A stretch of DNA of 64,000 nt from Candidatus Stammera capleta (lineage in GTDB: Bacteria; Pseudomonadota; Gammaproteobacteria; Enterobacterales; Enterobacteriaceae), in assembly GCA_036689305.1 (NCBI GenBank), contig CP144787.1, positions 7,667 through 71,666 of the forward strand. Reading direction: 5' to 3'. The first letter of the stretch is position 1. Every line of letters starts with the position of its first letter. Positions 8,412-18,083 of the stretch are shown in pieces. Made by a program: the position numbers and the translations under genes. Under the pieces are notes generated by a model that had not been told where the DNA came from, made no database searches, and saw only the letters and a program-made list of their open reading frames with translations.

Positions 8412-9464
8412 TTATATTTTTTTTAAAGTATTATTTTTTTTTGGTATTGATATATTTATATTCCAACCGGTTAATTTAGATGCTAATTTTACATTTTGAC
8501 CATTTTTACCTATAGTTTGAGCAAGTTGGTTTTTTTTAACTATTATATTCATAATTTTTTTATTATTATTAGATGAAATATGTAATATTTCTGCGGGAGA
8601 TAGAGCATTTATTACAAATTTAATAGAATTTTTATTCCATAAAATTATATCTATTCTTTCTCCTGATAGTTCATTAGAGATTGCTTGTATTCTTGTACCT
8701 TTAATTCCAATACATGCCCCTATGGGGTCTATGTATTTATTTTTACTTTTTACAGCAATTTTAGTTCTTAATCCCGGATCTCTAGCAATTCCTTTAATTA
8801 TTATTATTTTTTTATTTATTTCTGGTATTTCTATTTTTAATAATTCTATTAACATTTCTTTTTTATTTCTACTTAAAAGAATTTTATAATTTTTATGTTT
8901 TTTTTCTATTTTGTATATTATTCCCTTTATTCTATTTCCTAATCTAAAATTTTCTTTTAAGATCATGTCTTTTTTTTTTAATATTGCCTCTAGGTTTAGA
9001 CCTATATCTATTGTTACTTTATCTCTATTAATTTTTTTAATAGTACCATTAATGATATGTTTACCTCTTTTTTTTAAATATTTTATAAAATTTTTTTTCT
9101 TTGCTTCTCTTATTTTTTGTGTTATAACTTGTTTTGCTATTTGAGTTGTTATTCTGTTAAAAATTATTGATTTTATTTGTAATTCTATAAAATCCCCTAT
9201 TTTAATTTTTTTATTTTTATATATAGCTGCTTCTAATGTTATTTCTTTTGTGGGTTGTTTGATTTTTTTTACCACCATCCATCTACGATATGTGTTAAAT
9301 GTTCCTTTATTACGATTAATACTTACTCTGACATTTATTTTATGATTATATTTTTTTTTTGTTGCTATTTCTAAAGCATTTTCTAGTGTTTTAAAAATTT
9401 GTTCTCTAGGTAAACATTTTTCATTTGATACTGCTTCTGCTACTGCTAAAATTTTTTTATTCAT
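8412..9464 (-). CDS. nusA: Transcription termination/antitermination factor NusA (no AR1/AR2 repeats)
   Basis: The N-terminus MNKKILAVAEAVSNEKCLPREQIFKTLENALEIATKKKY is nearly colinear with E. coli NusA. S1 and two KH regions are present (ACIGIKGTRIQAI, TIGKNGQNVKLAS). Length is 350 aa. Confidence 0.93.
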   Translation of the reverse strand: MNKKILAVAEAVSNEKCLPREQIFKTLENALEIATKKKYNHKINVRVSINRNKGTFNTYRRWMVVKKIKQPTKEITLEAAIYKNKKIKIGDFIELQIKSIIFNRITTQIAKQVITQKIREAKKKNFIKYLKKRGKHIINGTIKKINRDKVTIDIGLNLEAILKKKDMILKENFRLGNRIKGIIYKIEKKHKNYKILLSRNKKEMLIELLKIEIPEINKKIIIIKGIARDPGLRTKIAVKSKNKYIDPIGACIGIKGTRIQAISNELSGERIDIILWNKNSIKFVINALSPAEILHISSNNNKKIMNIIVKKNQLAQTIGKNGQNVKLASKLTGWNINISIPKKNNTLKKI

Positions 9465-9668
9465 CCTAGTTTACCTCAATTCGTGTGTTATTAGAAAATA
9501 AGGAACTAAGTAAAATATAAAAATAATAATTTTATATTATAAATATATAAAATTTATAAAAAATCCTTACTTATTTTCTAAATATTTAATATAAAAAATA
9601 TTATTAATTATAATAAATATTTTAATGTTAAGTATTTTTTATTTTTATATAAATATTTTTATTTTATT

Positions 9669-9752
9669 TACCGGGAGCGGGACTTGAACCCGCAATCTTT
9701 AATAGAACTACCACCTCAAGGTAGTGTGTTTACCTTATTTCACCATCCCGGC
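9669..9752 (-). tRNA. leuU: tRNA-Leu (anticodon GAG)
   Basis: The reverse complement GCCGGGATGGTGAAATAAGGTAAACACACTACCTTGAGGTGGTAGTTCTATTAAAGATTGCGGGTTCAAGTCCCGCTCCCGGTA is a class II tRNA with a long variable arm. It sits next to secG, as leuU does in E. coli. No CCA is encoded. Confidence 0.92.
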
Positions 9753-9772
9753 AATGAATTAAATATTTTTTA

Positions 9773-10033
9773 TTATTTTATTATTTTAAACTTTTTAAAA
9801 TTATTATTGATAATAATATTTAATATTAAAGTTATTATGTAAAATAAAATAATTAAAATTATTATTATAGAATTTATTATTTTTCTTATAAAATTAGATG
9901 TTATAATTGTATGAAAATTGTTATTTATATTTAATGTGGAATTATTAATACTATTTTCATTAGGAATAAATATTATAAATCCTATTAATAATATAGAAAA
10001 TATAAATAATAAAATTACAAATAACTCGTACAT
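9773..10033 (-). CDS. secG: Protein-export membrane protein SecG
   Basis: 86 aa with two hydrophobic helices. It starts MYE as E. coli SecG does, and NFIRKIINSIIIILIILFYIITLIL parallels NFMTRMTALLATLFFIISLVL. The secG-leuU adjacency is conserved. Confidence 0.78.
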   Translation of the reverse strand: MYELFVILLFIFSILLIGFIIFIPNENSINNSTLNINNNFHTIITSNFIRKIINSIIIILIILFYIITLILNIIINNNFKKFKIIK

Positions 10034-10070
10034 TTTAATTAAATTTTTTTAAAAATTTTTATATATATAT

Positions 10071-11864
10071 TTATTTTTTTTTAAATATAATTTTTTTTAT
10101 TTTTTTTGAACTTAATGTTTCATGTTTTATTAATTTTTCTTTTATTTTATGTAATAAATTTATATTTTTTAATATAATATTTTTTGCTTTTTTATAATTT
10201 TTTCTAATAATTTTTTTTATTTCTTGATCTATAATTTTTGCGGTATATTCCGATATTTTATATTGTTTAATTATTAAATTATCTTTAATAGATGAATTTT
10301 CTTCATAATTTTCATAAAATAATGGTCCTAATTTTTTAGATAATCCCCATTGTGTAACCATTTTTTTAGCTATTTCTGTAGCTACTTTAATATCATTTGT
10401 AGATCCTATGGATATATTATTTGGTCCGTATATTATTTCTTCTGCCAATCTACCACCATATAATGTAGATATTTTACTTTCTAGTTTTTTTTTACTTACA
10501 TGTACGTTGTCATTTTCTGGTATAAAACATGTTACACCTAATGCTTTTCCTCTAGGTATAATTGTAATTTTATGTATGGGATCATGTTCTTTAATTAGTA
10601 ATCCTACTATTGCATGTCCAGATTCATGGTATGCTGTAATTTCTTTTTCTTTGTTATTTATGATTAATGATTTTCTTTCTGCCCCCATAATTATTTTATC
10701 TTTAGCTTTTTCAAATTCTTTCATTGATATATTTTTAAGATTTTTTTGGGCAGCTAGTAAAGCAGCTTCATTGATTAGATTAGCTATATCTGCACCAGAA
10801 AATCCTGGTGTTCCTCGAGCTATAATGGAGATATTTACATTTTTATTTAAAGGTTTATTTTGTGTGTGTATTTTAAAAATTTCTTTTCTTCCTTGTATAT
10901 CTGGTAAATCAATTATTACTTGTCTATCAAATCTACCGGGTCTTAATAAGGCGGGATCTAAAATATCTGGTCTGTTAGTAGCAGCTATAATTATAATACC
11001 TTGATCGCTGTTAAAACCATCCATTTCTACTAACATTTGGTTTAAGGTTTGTTCTCTTTCATCATGTCCATTTATATTAATACTTCTTTTTTTACCTACA
11101 GCATCTATTTCATCAATAAATATAATACATGGTGATTTTTTTTTAGCTTCACGAAACATATTTCTTACTCTTGAAGCCCCTATACCTACAAATAGTTCAA
11201 CGAAATCTGATCCTGATATAATAAAGAATTCCACTTTTGCTTCCCCAGCTATAGCTTTTGCTAGCAAAGTTTTCCCTGTACCTGGTGGTCCAATCATTAA
11301 TATTCCCTTGGGGATTTTACCTCCTAATTTTTTAAATTTATTAGGATTTTTTAAAAATTCTATTATTTCATGTACTTCTTCTTTTGCTTCTTGACATCCC
11401 GCAACATTTTTAAATGTAATATTGTTATTTTTTTTATTATATTTTCTAGCCTTAGATTTACCGAAAGATAAAGGATCTTTAACCTTACCTATTTTGATTT
11501 TTCTTATAATAAAAAACCATATTAAAAATGATATAATAAATATTGGGTTCCATAATAAGAATATTATTTTGAAAAAATTATATTTATTTATATGTATAAT
11601 TTTTATTTTAATTTTTTTATTTATAATACGATTTAATAAGTCTGAATTTTTTTCCGGTATATATGTTTGATATTTAAAATTATTTTTTTTTATTACATAT
11701 AAGTTTTTGTTTTTTATAGTTACTTCTTTAATTTTATTTTTTTTTACATCTGATATAAAATTAGAATAATTAGAAGTGTGAAAATTATTTTTATAACTTA
11801 ATATACGTAATATTGGTGTAAATATTGTTATTATTAATAACAAAAAAATTAATTTTTTTAGCAT
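10071..11864 (-). CDS. ftsH: ATP-dependent zinc metalloprotease FtsH
   Basis: AAA+ Walker [19 protein letters not shown], Walker [13 protein letters not shown] region [20 protein letters not shown], and the zinc site HESGHA. Confidence 0.97.
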   Translation of the reverse strand: MLKKLIFLLLIITIFTPILRILSYKNNFHTSNYSNFISDVKKNKIKEVTIKNKNLYVIKKNNFKYQTYIPEKNSDLLNRIINKKIKIKIIHINKYNFFKIIFLLWNPIFIISFLIWFFIIRKIKIGKVKDPLSFGKSKARKYNKKNNNITFKNVAGCQEAKEEVHEIIEFLKNPNKFKKLGGKIPKGILMIGPPGTGKTLLAKAIAGEAKVEFFIISGSDFVELFVGIGASRVRNMFREAKKKSPCIIFIDEIDAVGKKRSININGHDEREQTLNQMLVEMDGFNSDQGIIIIAATNRPDILDPALLRPGRFDRQVIIDLPDIQGRKEIFKIHTQNKPLNKNVNISIIARGTPGFSGADIANLINEAALLAAQKNLKNISMKEFEKAKDKIIMGAERKSLIINNKEKEITAYHESGHAIVGLLIKEHDPIHKITIIPRGKALGVTCFIPENDNVHVSKKKLESKISTLYGGRLAEEIIYGPNNISIGSTNDIKVATEIAKKMVTQWGLSKKLGPLFYENYEENSSIKDNLIIKQYKISEYTAKIIDQEIKKIIRKNYKKAKNIILKNINLLHKIKEKLIKHETLSSKKIKKIIFKKK

Positions 11865-11924
11865 TTTTTTGAAATTCTTTTAATATAAATATGTTTTTTA
11901 TTATTTAGTAAAGTAAGGGTATAT

Positions 11925-12536
11925 TTATTGTTTATATTTTAACGCTAAAATATATATTTCTTTTGATAATGCACGTGATGAATTAGGTTTTATTATTTTT
12001 ATAATTTTAAATAAAAATTTTATTTTTTTTAAGAAAAAACTAAAATTTTTCCCTAAAAATATTTTTGTTATTAAATAACCATTTTTTTTTAATTTTTTTT
12101 TACATAAAAATATAATAATTTTTAATATTTTTTTGTATTTTGGTATATCTATTTCTTTTATTCCAGTTAAATTAGGTGATATATCTGATATGATTCCGTT
12201 AATTTCTTGTTTTTGAGTTTTTTTTATTATTTTTTTTATGGTTTTATTTTTACAAATATCACCTTGTGTGAATATTGTTGTTTTATTTTTTTTAATTTTT
12301 TTAATATCACAATTATATATTAATCCTTTATTACCTATTTTATTTGAAATATATTGAGTCCACCCACCTGGAAATGAACCTAATTCTATAATTTTATTAT
12401 TTTTTTGAATAATTTTGTTATTATTTATTTCTTTAATTTTAAAATAAGATCTTGATTTAATTCCCCTTTTTTTAGCTATATGAACATATTTATCATTTTT
12501 ATATATTTTTAACCATTTTTTTGATTTTTTGTTCAT
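11925..12536 (-). CDS. rlmE: 23S rRNA 2'-O-ribose U2552 methyltransferase RlmE (FtsJ/RrmJ)
   Basis: WLKIYKNDKYVHIAKKRGIKSRSYFKIKEI parallels E. coli RlmE ([30 protein letters not shown]). The SAM motif ELGSFPGGWTQY is present. It lies upstream of ftsH as in enterics. Confidence 0.9.
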   Translation of the reverse strand: MNKKSKKWLKIYKNDKYVHIAKKRGIKSRSYFKIKEINNNKIIQKNNKIIELGSFPGGWTQYISNKIGNKGLIYNCDIKKIKKNKTTIFTQGDICKNKTIKKIIKKTQKQEINGIISDISPNLTGIKEIDIPKYKKILKIIIFLCKKKLKKNGYLITKIFLGKNFSFFLKKIKFLFKIIKIIKPNSSRALSKEIYILALKYKQ

Positions 12537-12544
12537 TTTGTTTA

Positions 12545-13015
12545 TTATTTTACATTTATAATTTTATATTTTATATTTCCATTTAATGTTTTTATAGAAA
12601 TAATTTTATTTTTTTTTTTACCTATTATTTTTTTTGATAGAGGAGAATTAATAGATATTAGGTTTTTTTTTATATTTGCTTCATCATCACCCACTATACA
12701 ATATTTAACTTTTTTATTGTTGTTAAGATTAATTAAGGTAACATTTGATCCAAATAAAATTTTTTTTTTTTTTTTAATTTTATTAATATCTATAATTTGA
12801 GCATTGATTAATTTTTCTTCAATTTCTTTTATTTTTTTTTCACATAAAATTTGTTCTTCTTTTGCTGCATGATATTCAGCATTTTCTTTTAAATCACCGA
12901 ATTTTCTTGCTTCGCATATTAGTGATATTATTTGAGGTCTTTTTATATTTTTTAGTATATTTAGTTTTTTACGTAATTTTTTTTCCCCATTTATAGTCAT
13001 TAAAACACGATTCAT
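12545..13015 (-). CDS. greA: Transcription elongation factor GreA
   Basis: MT.NGEKKLRKKL...RPQII..ICEARKFGDLKENAEYHAAKEEQ closely matches the E. coli GreA N-terminal coiled coil. Confidence 0.93.
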   Translation of the reverse strand: MNRVLMTINGEKKLRKKLNILKNIKRPQIISLICEARKFGDLKENAEYHAAKEEQILCEKKIKEIEEKLINAQIIDINKIKKKKKILFGSNVTLINLNNNKKVKYCIVGDDEANIKKNLISINSPLSKKIIGKKKNKIISIKTLNGNIKYKIINVK

Positions 13016-13080
13016 ATTTACCTCTATGAATAATAATTATTAATTTTAAAGTACTTTTAATTTTTTTTTCGTATGTTTTT

Positions 13081-13326
13081 TTATATTATATTTACATATT
13101 TTTTTTTTCTTTGAGTTTTGAAATATACAATACCATTTTTTATTGCATATATAGTATAATCTTTGCCGTATTTTGTATTTTTACCGGCATGAAATTTTGT
13201 ACCTCTTTGTTTTATAATTATATTACCAGCTTTCACATATTCACCCCCAAAATGTTTTACTCCTAATCTTTTAGAATGAGAATCACGTCCATTTCTAGTT
13301 GATCCACCTGCTTTTTTATGTGCCAT
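13081..13326 (-). CDS. rpmA: 50S ribosomal protein L27
   Basis: [29 protein letters not shown] is the canonical L27 N-terminus. It lies downstream of rplU. Confidence 0.97.
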   Translation of the reverse strand: MAHKKAGGSTRNGRDSHSKRLGVKHFGGEYVKAGNIIIKQRGTKFHAGKNTKYGKDYTIYAIKNGIVYFKTQRKKKYVNII

Positions 13327-13642
13327 TTTTTTTTTTATTTATTGATATTATTTTTATTAATGTATATATCGGTCTATATCCTAACATTTTTTTGTATTGT
13401 TTTCTTCTTTTAAATTTTAATATTTTTATTTTCTTATGTTTTATATGTGATACAATTTGTGCATTTATTTTAAATGTTTTAAGATCTTTTTTTTTATAAA
13501 AAATTTTATTTTCATAAAATAACATAATAATGTTTTTAATTTTTATTATTTTTCCAATAGATTTTTTTTTTTTTTCTATTATTATCCTGTTGTTTATTTG
13601 AATTTTATATTGTTTACCTCCTTCTTTTATTATGGCGTACAT
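13316..13642 (-). CDS. rplU: 50S ribosomal protein L21
   Basis: The [15 protein letters not shown]-terminus is typical of L21. It overlaps rpmA by 11 nt. Confidence 0.93.
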   Translation of the reverse strand: MYAIIKEGGKQYKIQINNRIIIEKKKKSIGKIIKIKNIIMLFYENKIFYKKKDLKTFKINAQIVSHIKHKKIKILKFKRRKQYKKMLGYRPIYTLIKIISINKKKNGT

Positions 13643-13769
13643 GATATTACCTAAATTGAAAATTTTATTTTTTGATAAGTAATAATTTTAACATATTTTA
13701 TAAATTTATTTTTTAATTTTTATTTTTTATATATTAAGATATAATTAATAATTATGCATCATAAAATGA

Positions 13770-14873
<1,104 letters not shown>

Positions 14874-14900
14874 TTAGTTTTTGTTTTTATTTTAAATTTT

Positions 14901-15695
14901 ATGTTTGAAAGAAAGAAAAATAATAATTTAAATGTTTTTATATTTTTTTTAATTTTGTTTTTTAGTAGTTTATTAATATTCAAATATAATTTATTAGGCT
15001 TTAAAAGATTAACTTTGATGTTTTTATTAAAATTTAAAAATACAATTTTATTTTTTTGTCAAAAAAAAATAAAATTGATTAATTATATATCTTATTTAAA
15101 AAAAGAAAATAATTTTTTAAAAAAAAAAATATATTTTATGAATAATAAGATGTTTAATTTAAATAATTTAAAAATTGAAAATATTATTCTTCGTAAAACT
15201 TTATTAATACCTAATATTAAAAAACAAAAATTTATTTTTTCTAAAATTTTATTTAATAATTTTTATAATAATCAAATTGTAACAGATAAAGGTAAAGATT
15301 ATTTAGTTAATAATAAAATTTATTATGTTATTAATAATGATGGTTTTATAGGTAATATATTAAATATAGATAAATTTACTAGTAGAGTGCAATTAATTTG
15401 TGATTATAAAAGTAATATATCAGTTCAGGTATTAAGAAATAATTTGAGATTTATATTATATGGTAATGGTTGTTTGAATAATCTTAAATCTAATGATTTG
15501 CCTGTTAATGCAGATATTGTTTTAGGAGATATTTTGGTAACTTCAAGTATTAATGGTTTTTATTCTAGCGGTTATCCAGTTGCTATAGTTACTAAAATTT
15601 TAATAAAAAAAAATTCTTTTAAAAAAGATATAGAAGCTAAACCTTTTGTAAATTTTAATAATATTAATTATGTTTTAATTTTATCTAATTATTAA
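14901..15695 (+). CDS. mreC: Rod shape-determining protein MreC (shortened)
   Basis: It lies immediately downstream of mreB. It has an N-terminal TM segment, a coiled-coil region, and the C-terminal beta-domain motif (GDILVTSSINGFYSSGYPVAIV, compare E. coli GDLLVTSGLGG.FPEGYPVA). Length is 264 aa. Confidence 0.85.
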   Translation: MFERKKNNNLNVFIFFLILFFSSLLIFKYNLLGFKRLTLMFLLKFKNTILFFCQKKIKLINYISYLKKENNFLKKKIYFMNNKMFNLNNLKIENIILRKTLLIPNIKKQKFIFSKILFNNFYNNQIVTDKGKDYLVNNKIYYVINNDGFIGNILNIDKFTSRVQLICDYKSNISVQVLRNNLRFILYGNGCLNNLKSNDLPVNADIVLGDILVTSSINGFYSSGYPVAIVTKILIKKNSFKKDIEAKPFVNFNNINYVLILSNY

Positions 15696-15747
15696 CTATT
15701 TATTTAAATAAAAATTTATTTTTTTAAAAATATTTATAGGAATATTT

Positions 15748-17199
15748 ATGGTTACAGATTTAGTTTGTAGAAATATATTGGGCGCTAATAATATTTCTAA
15801 ATTTAACTTATTAAATATTATGAATGATTTTTTTAAAAATGTACAATATGGGGATATTTTTTTACAAGATTGTAATAAGGAATTATTTACATTAGAAAAT
15901 AATAAGTTTATTGAGAATTTTTTTAGTAGTAATTGTGGTGTGGGTGTAAGATCTATATTAGATAATAAAATTGGTTTTTCAAATAATAATAATATTAGTT
16001 TAAATTCTATTATAAATAGTATTAAGGAGTCACAGAGTATTTTAGATAGTAATAATAATTTTATATGTAAAAATTATAATTTTGATAATAATATTAAGAG
16101 AAAGTATGTGTATAATTTTATATCTCCTATAAATATAAAAAATAGTAAATCTAAAATTGATTTTTTATTTTATTTAAATAATTATATTAAAAAAAAAGAT
16201 AAACGAATTAATTATATTTCTTTAAAACTTTTAAGTATTTTTGAATATATTTTAGTTGTTTCTACTGATAATATTTTTGTCGGTGATGTTAGACCTTTGA
16301 TAAGTTTATTTATTAAAATTCATATTGAAGATAATAATAAAACAGGAATTGGATATAGTGGTTATGGGGGGCGTTATTCTTATGATAAATTTTTATCTTT
16401 AGATGTAAATTTTTCTTTAGTAAAATATTATGCAAATTTAGCGTTCAATATGGCTTTTAATAATTTACATGCTAATTATCCTCCAGCCATGGAAATGCCT
16501 GTAGTATTAGGTCCTGGATGTACAGGTATTTTATTACATGAAGCTGTAGGACATGGGTTAGAGGGTGATTTTAATCGCAAAAATATTTCTCTTTTTAAAG
16601 ATTGTATGAATAAAAAAGTTGCATCAGAGTTATGTACTGTTGTGGATAATGGATCATTAAATGAATATAGGGGTAGTTTAAATATTGATGATGAGGGTGT
16701 TTTAGTAAAAAAAAATATTTTAATTAAAAATGGAATTTTAGTATCTTATATGTTAGATAAATTTAATGCTAATTTAATGAAATTAAAAACTACTGGAAAT
16801 GCTAGAAGGGAATCTTATTCATGTTTACCTATACCTAGAATGACTAATACATATTTATTATCAGGGGAAAGTAGCTTTGAGGATATTATAAATAGTGTAG
16901 ATTACGGGATATATATTACTAGTTTAGGTAGTGGTCAGGTAGATATTACTTCGGGGAATTTTGTTTTTTTTATTTTGGAAAGTTTTTTAATTAAAAATGG
17001 AAAAATTACAAATCCACTAAAAGGGGTAACATTGATTGGTTCTAGTATTGATGTGATGAATAAAATTATTATGATTGGTAATGATTTGAAATTTGATAGT
17101 GGAATAGGTACTTGTTTTAAGGATGGTCAAGGTGTTCCTGTATGTGTAGGGCAACCTACAGTTAAAATTAGCTCTATGATAGTAGGGGGGGTAAATTAA
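15748..17199 (+). CDS. tldD: Metalloprotease TldD
   Basis: The HEAVGHGLEGD zinc motif is present. The N-terminal YGDIFLQ parallels E. coli YGDLYFQ, and the C-terminal GQPTVKISSMIVGG is typical of the TldD/PmbA family. Confidence 0.87.
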   Translation: MVTDLVCRNILGANNISKFNLLNIMNDFFKNVQYGDIFLQDCNKELFTLENNKFIENFFSSNCGVGVRSILDNKIGFSNNNNISLNSIINSIKESQSILDSNNNFICKNYNFDNNIKRKYVYNFISPINIKNSKSKIDFLFYLNNYIKKKDKRINYISLKLLSIFEYILVVSTDNIFVGDVRPLISLFIKIHIEDNNKTGIGYSGYGGRYSYDKFLSLDVNFSLVKYYANLAFNMAFNNLHANYPPAMEMPVVLGPGCTGILLHEAVGHGLEGDFNRKNISLFKDCMNKKVASELCTVVDNGSLNEYRGSLNIDDEGVLVKKNILIKNGILVSYMLDKFNANLMKLKTTGNARRESYSCLPIPRMTNTYLLSGESSFEDIINSVDYGIYITSLGSGQVDITSGNFVFFILESFLIKNGKITNPLKGVTLIGSSIDVMNKIIMIGNDLKFDSGIGTCFKDGQGVPVCVGQPTVKISSMIVGGVN

Positions 17200-17224
17200 T
17201 TTTTTAAAAGTTTCCGAGGTTTTT

Positions 17225-17650
17225 ATGTATAAAAGTATTTTGAAAAAGGAAAAAAATATTATAGGTTGGTATTTAATAGATGCGAGAAATAAAATTTTAG
17301 GTAGATTGGCTACTAAAATAGTTTATTATTTACAGGGTAAACATAAAGGTAATTATTTACCATATTTAAATATAGGTGATTATGTAATAGTTATAAATGC
17401 TCGTGATATATTAGTTAGTGGTAATAAAAAAACGAAAAAGTTTTATTATAGACATAGTGGTTATATTGGAAATTTACGTTGTATTAGTTTTAAAGAAATG
17501 TTATTTAGAAATCCCGCTAATATTATAAAGTTAGCTGTAAAAGGTATGTTACCTAAAAATATTATTAGTCGTTATTCTTTTAAGAGATTAAAAATATATT
17601 CAGGTAATTATCATAAACATGCAGCACAAAAACCTATTTTTTTAGATTAA
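17225..17650 (+). CDS. rplM: 50S ribosomal protein L13
   Basis: WYLIDARNKILGRLATKIVYYLQGKHK parallels E. coli L13 ([27 protein letters not shown]). Confidence 0.96.
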   Translation: MYKSILKKEKNIIGWYLIDARNKILGRLATKIVYYLQGKHKGNYLPYLNIGDYVIVINARDILVSGNKKTKKFYYRHSGYIGNLRCISFKEMLFRNPANIIKLAVKGMLPKNIISRYSFKRLKIYSGNYHKHAAQKPIFLD

Positions 17651-17665
17651 ATTAATTTTTAAATT

Positions 17666-18064
17666 ATGAATAAATATATATATAGTACTGGGAGACGCAA
17701 AACATCTTCTTCTAGAGTATTTATCCAAAGAGGGGATGGTAAGTTATTAGTTAATAATAGAGATTATAGAAAGTATTTTTTTATAAAAAAACTACAATTA
17801 ATTGTTTTTTACCCTTTTACAGTTATTGAAGATAATAGTTATTTTGAGAAAATAAATTTATATATTACAGTTAAAGGTGGTGGTATATTTAGTCAAGCTT
17901 TTTCTGTTCAACATGGTATTAGTAGATGTTTGTGTAATTATGATAAGAATCTATGTATAAGAATAAAAAATCATGGTTTATTAACCAGAGATTCTAGAAA
18001 AGTAGAGCGTAAAAAATTTGGTTTTAGAAAGGCTCGTCGTAGACCGCAGTTTTCTAAACGTTAA
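17666..18064 (+). CDS. rpsI: 30S ribosomal protein S9
   Basis: YSTGRRKTSSSRVFI near the N-terminus and the C-terminal RKVERKKFGFRKARRRPQFSKR are canonical S9. It follows rplM. Confidence 0.96.
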   Translation: MNKYIYSTGRRKTSSSRVFIQRGDGKLLVNNRDYRKYFFIKKLQLIVFYPFTVIEDNSYFEKINLYITVKGGGIFSQAFSVQHGISRCLCNYDKNLCIRIKNHGLLTRDSRKVERKKFGFRKARRRPQFSKR

Positions 18065-18083
18065 TTTTTTTTATTTTATTAAT

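Noticed and set aside
6347-9144. ORF-track entries on the + strand inside truB, rbfA, infB and nusA (6347-6544, 6519-6704, 6994-7227, 7438-7812, 8911-9144).
   Set aside because: They lie antisense to well-supported genes. Their Phe/Ile/Leu-rich translations are simply the complement of Lys/Asn/Ile-rich coding sequence. They have no recognisable motifs, and there is no spare intergenic space.
10408-11004. A 198-aa ORF antisense to ftsH. A second antisense ORF lies at 11422-11670, and another at 13299-13499 is antisense to rpmA/rplU.
   Set aside because: It covers the most conserved AAA+ core of ftsH, where the less AT-rich codons happen to leave the antisense frame free of stops. It has no homology signal or start context. 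The ftsH assignment is unambiguous.
18018-18083. N-terminal extensions implied by the ORF-track starts: mutS at 18018, rpsL at 35174, rpsQ at 44316, secY at 48645, rpsM at 50128, rpoA at 51588, rlmB at 32718 and grpE at 4299.
   Set aside because: The extensions overlap upstream genes or begin at TTG codons and add residues with no counterpart in orthologues. Downstream ATG or GTG starts, several with AGGAG-type SD sequences, reproduce the canonical N-termini and lengths.
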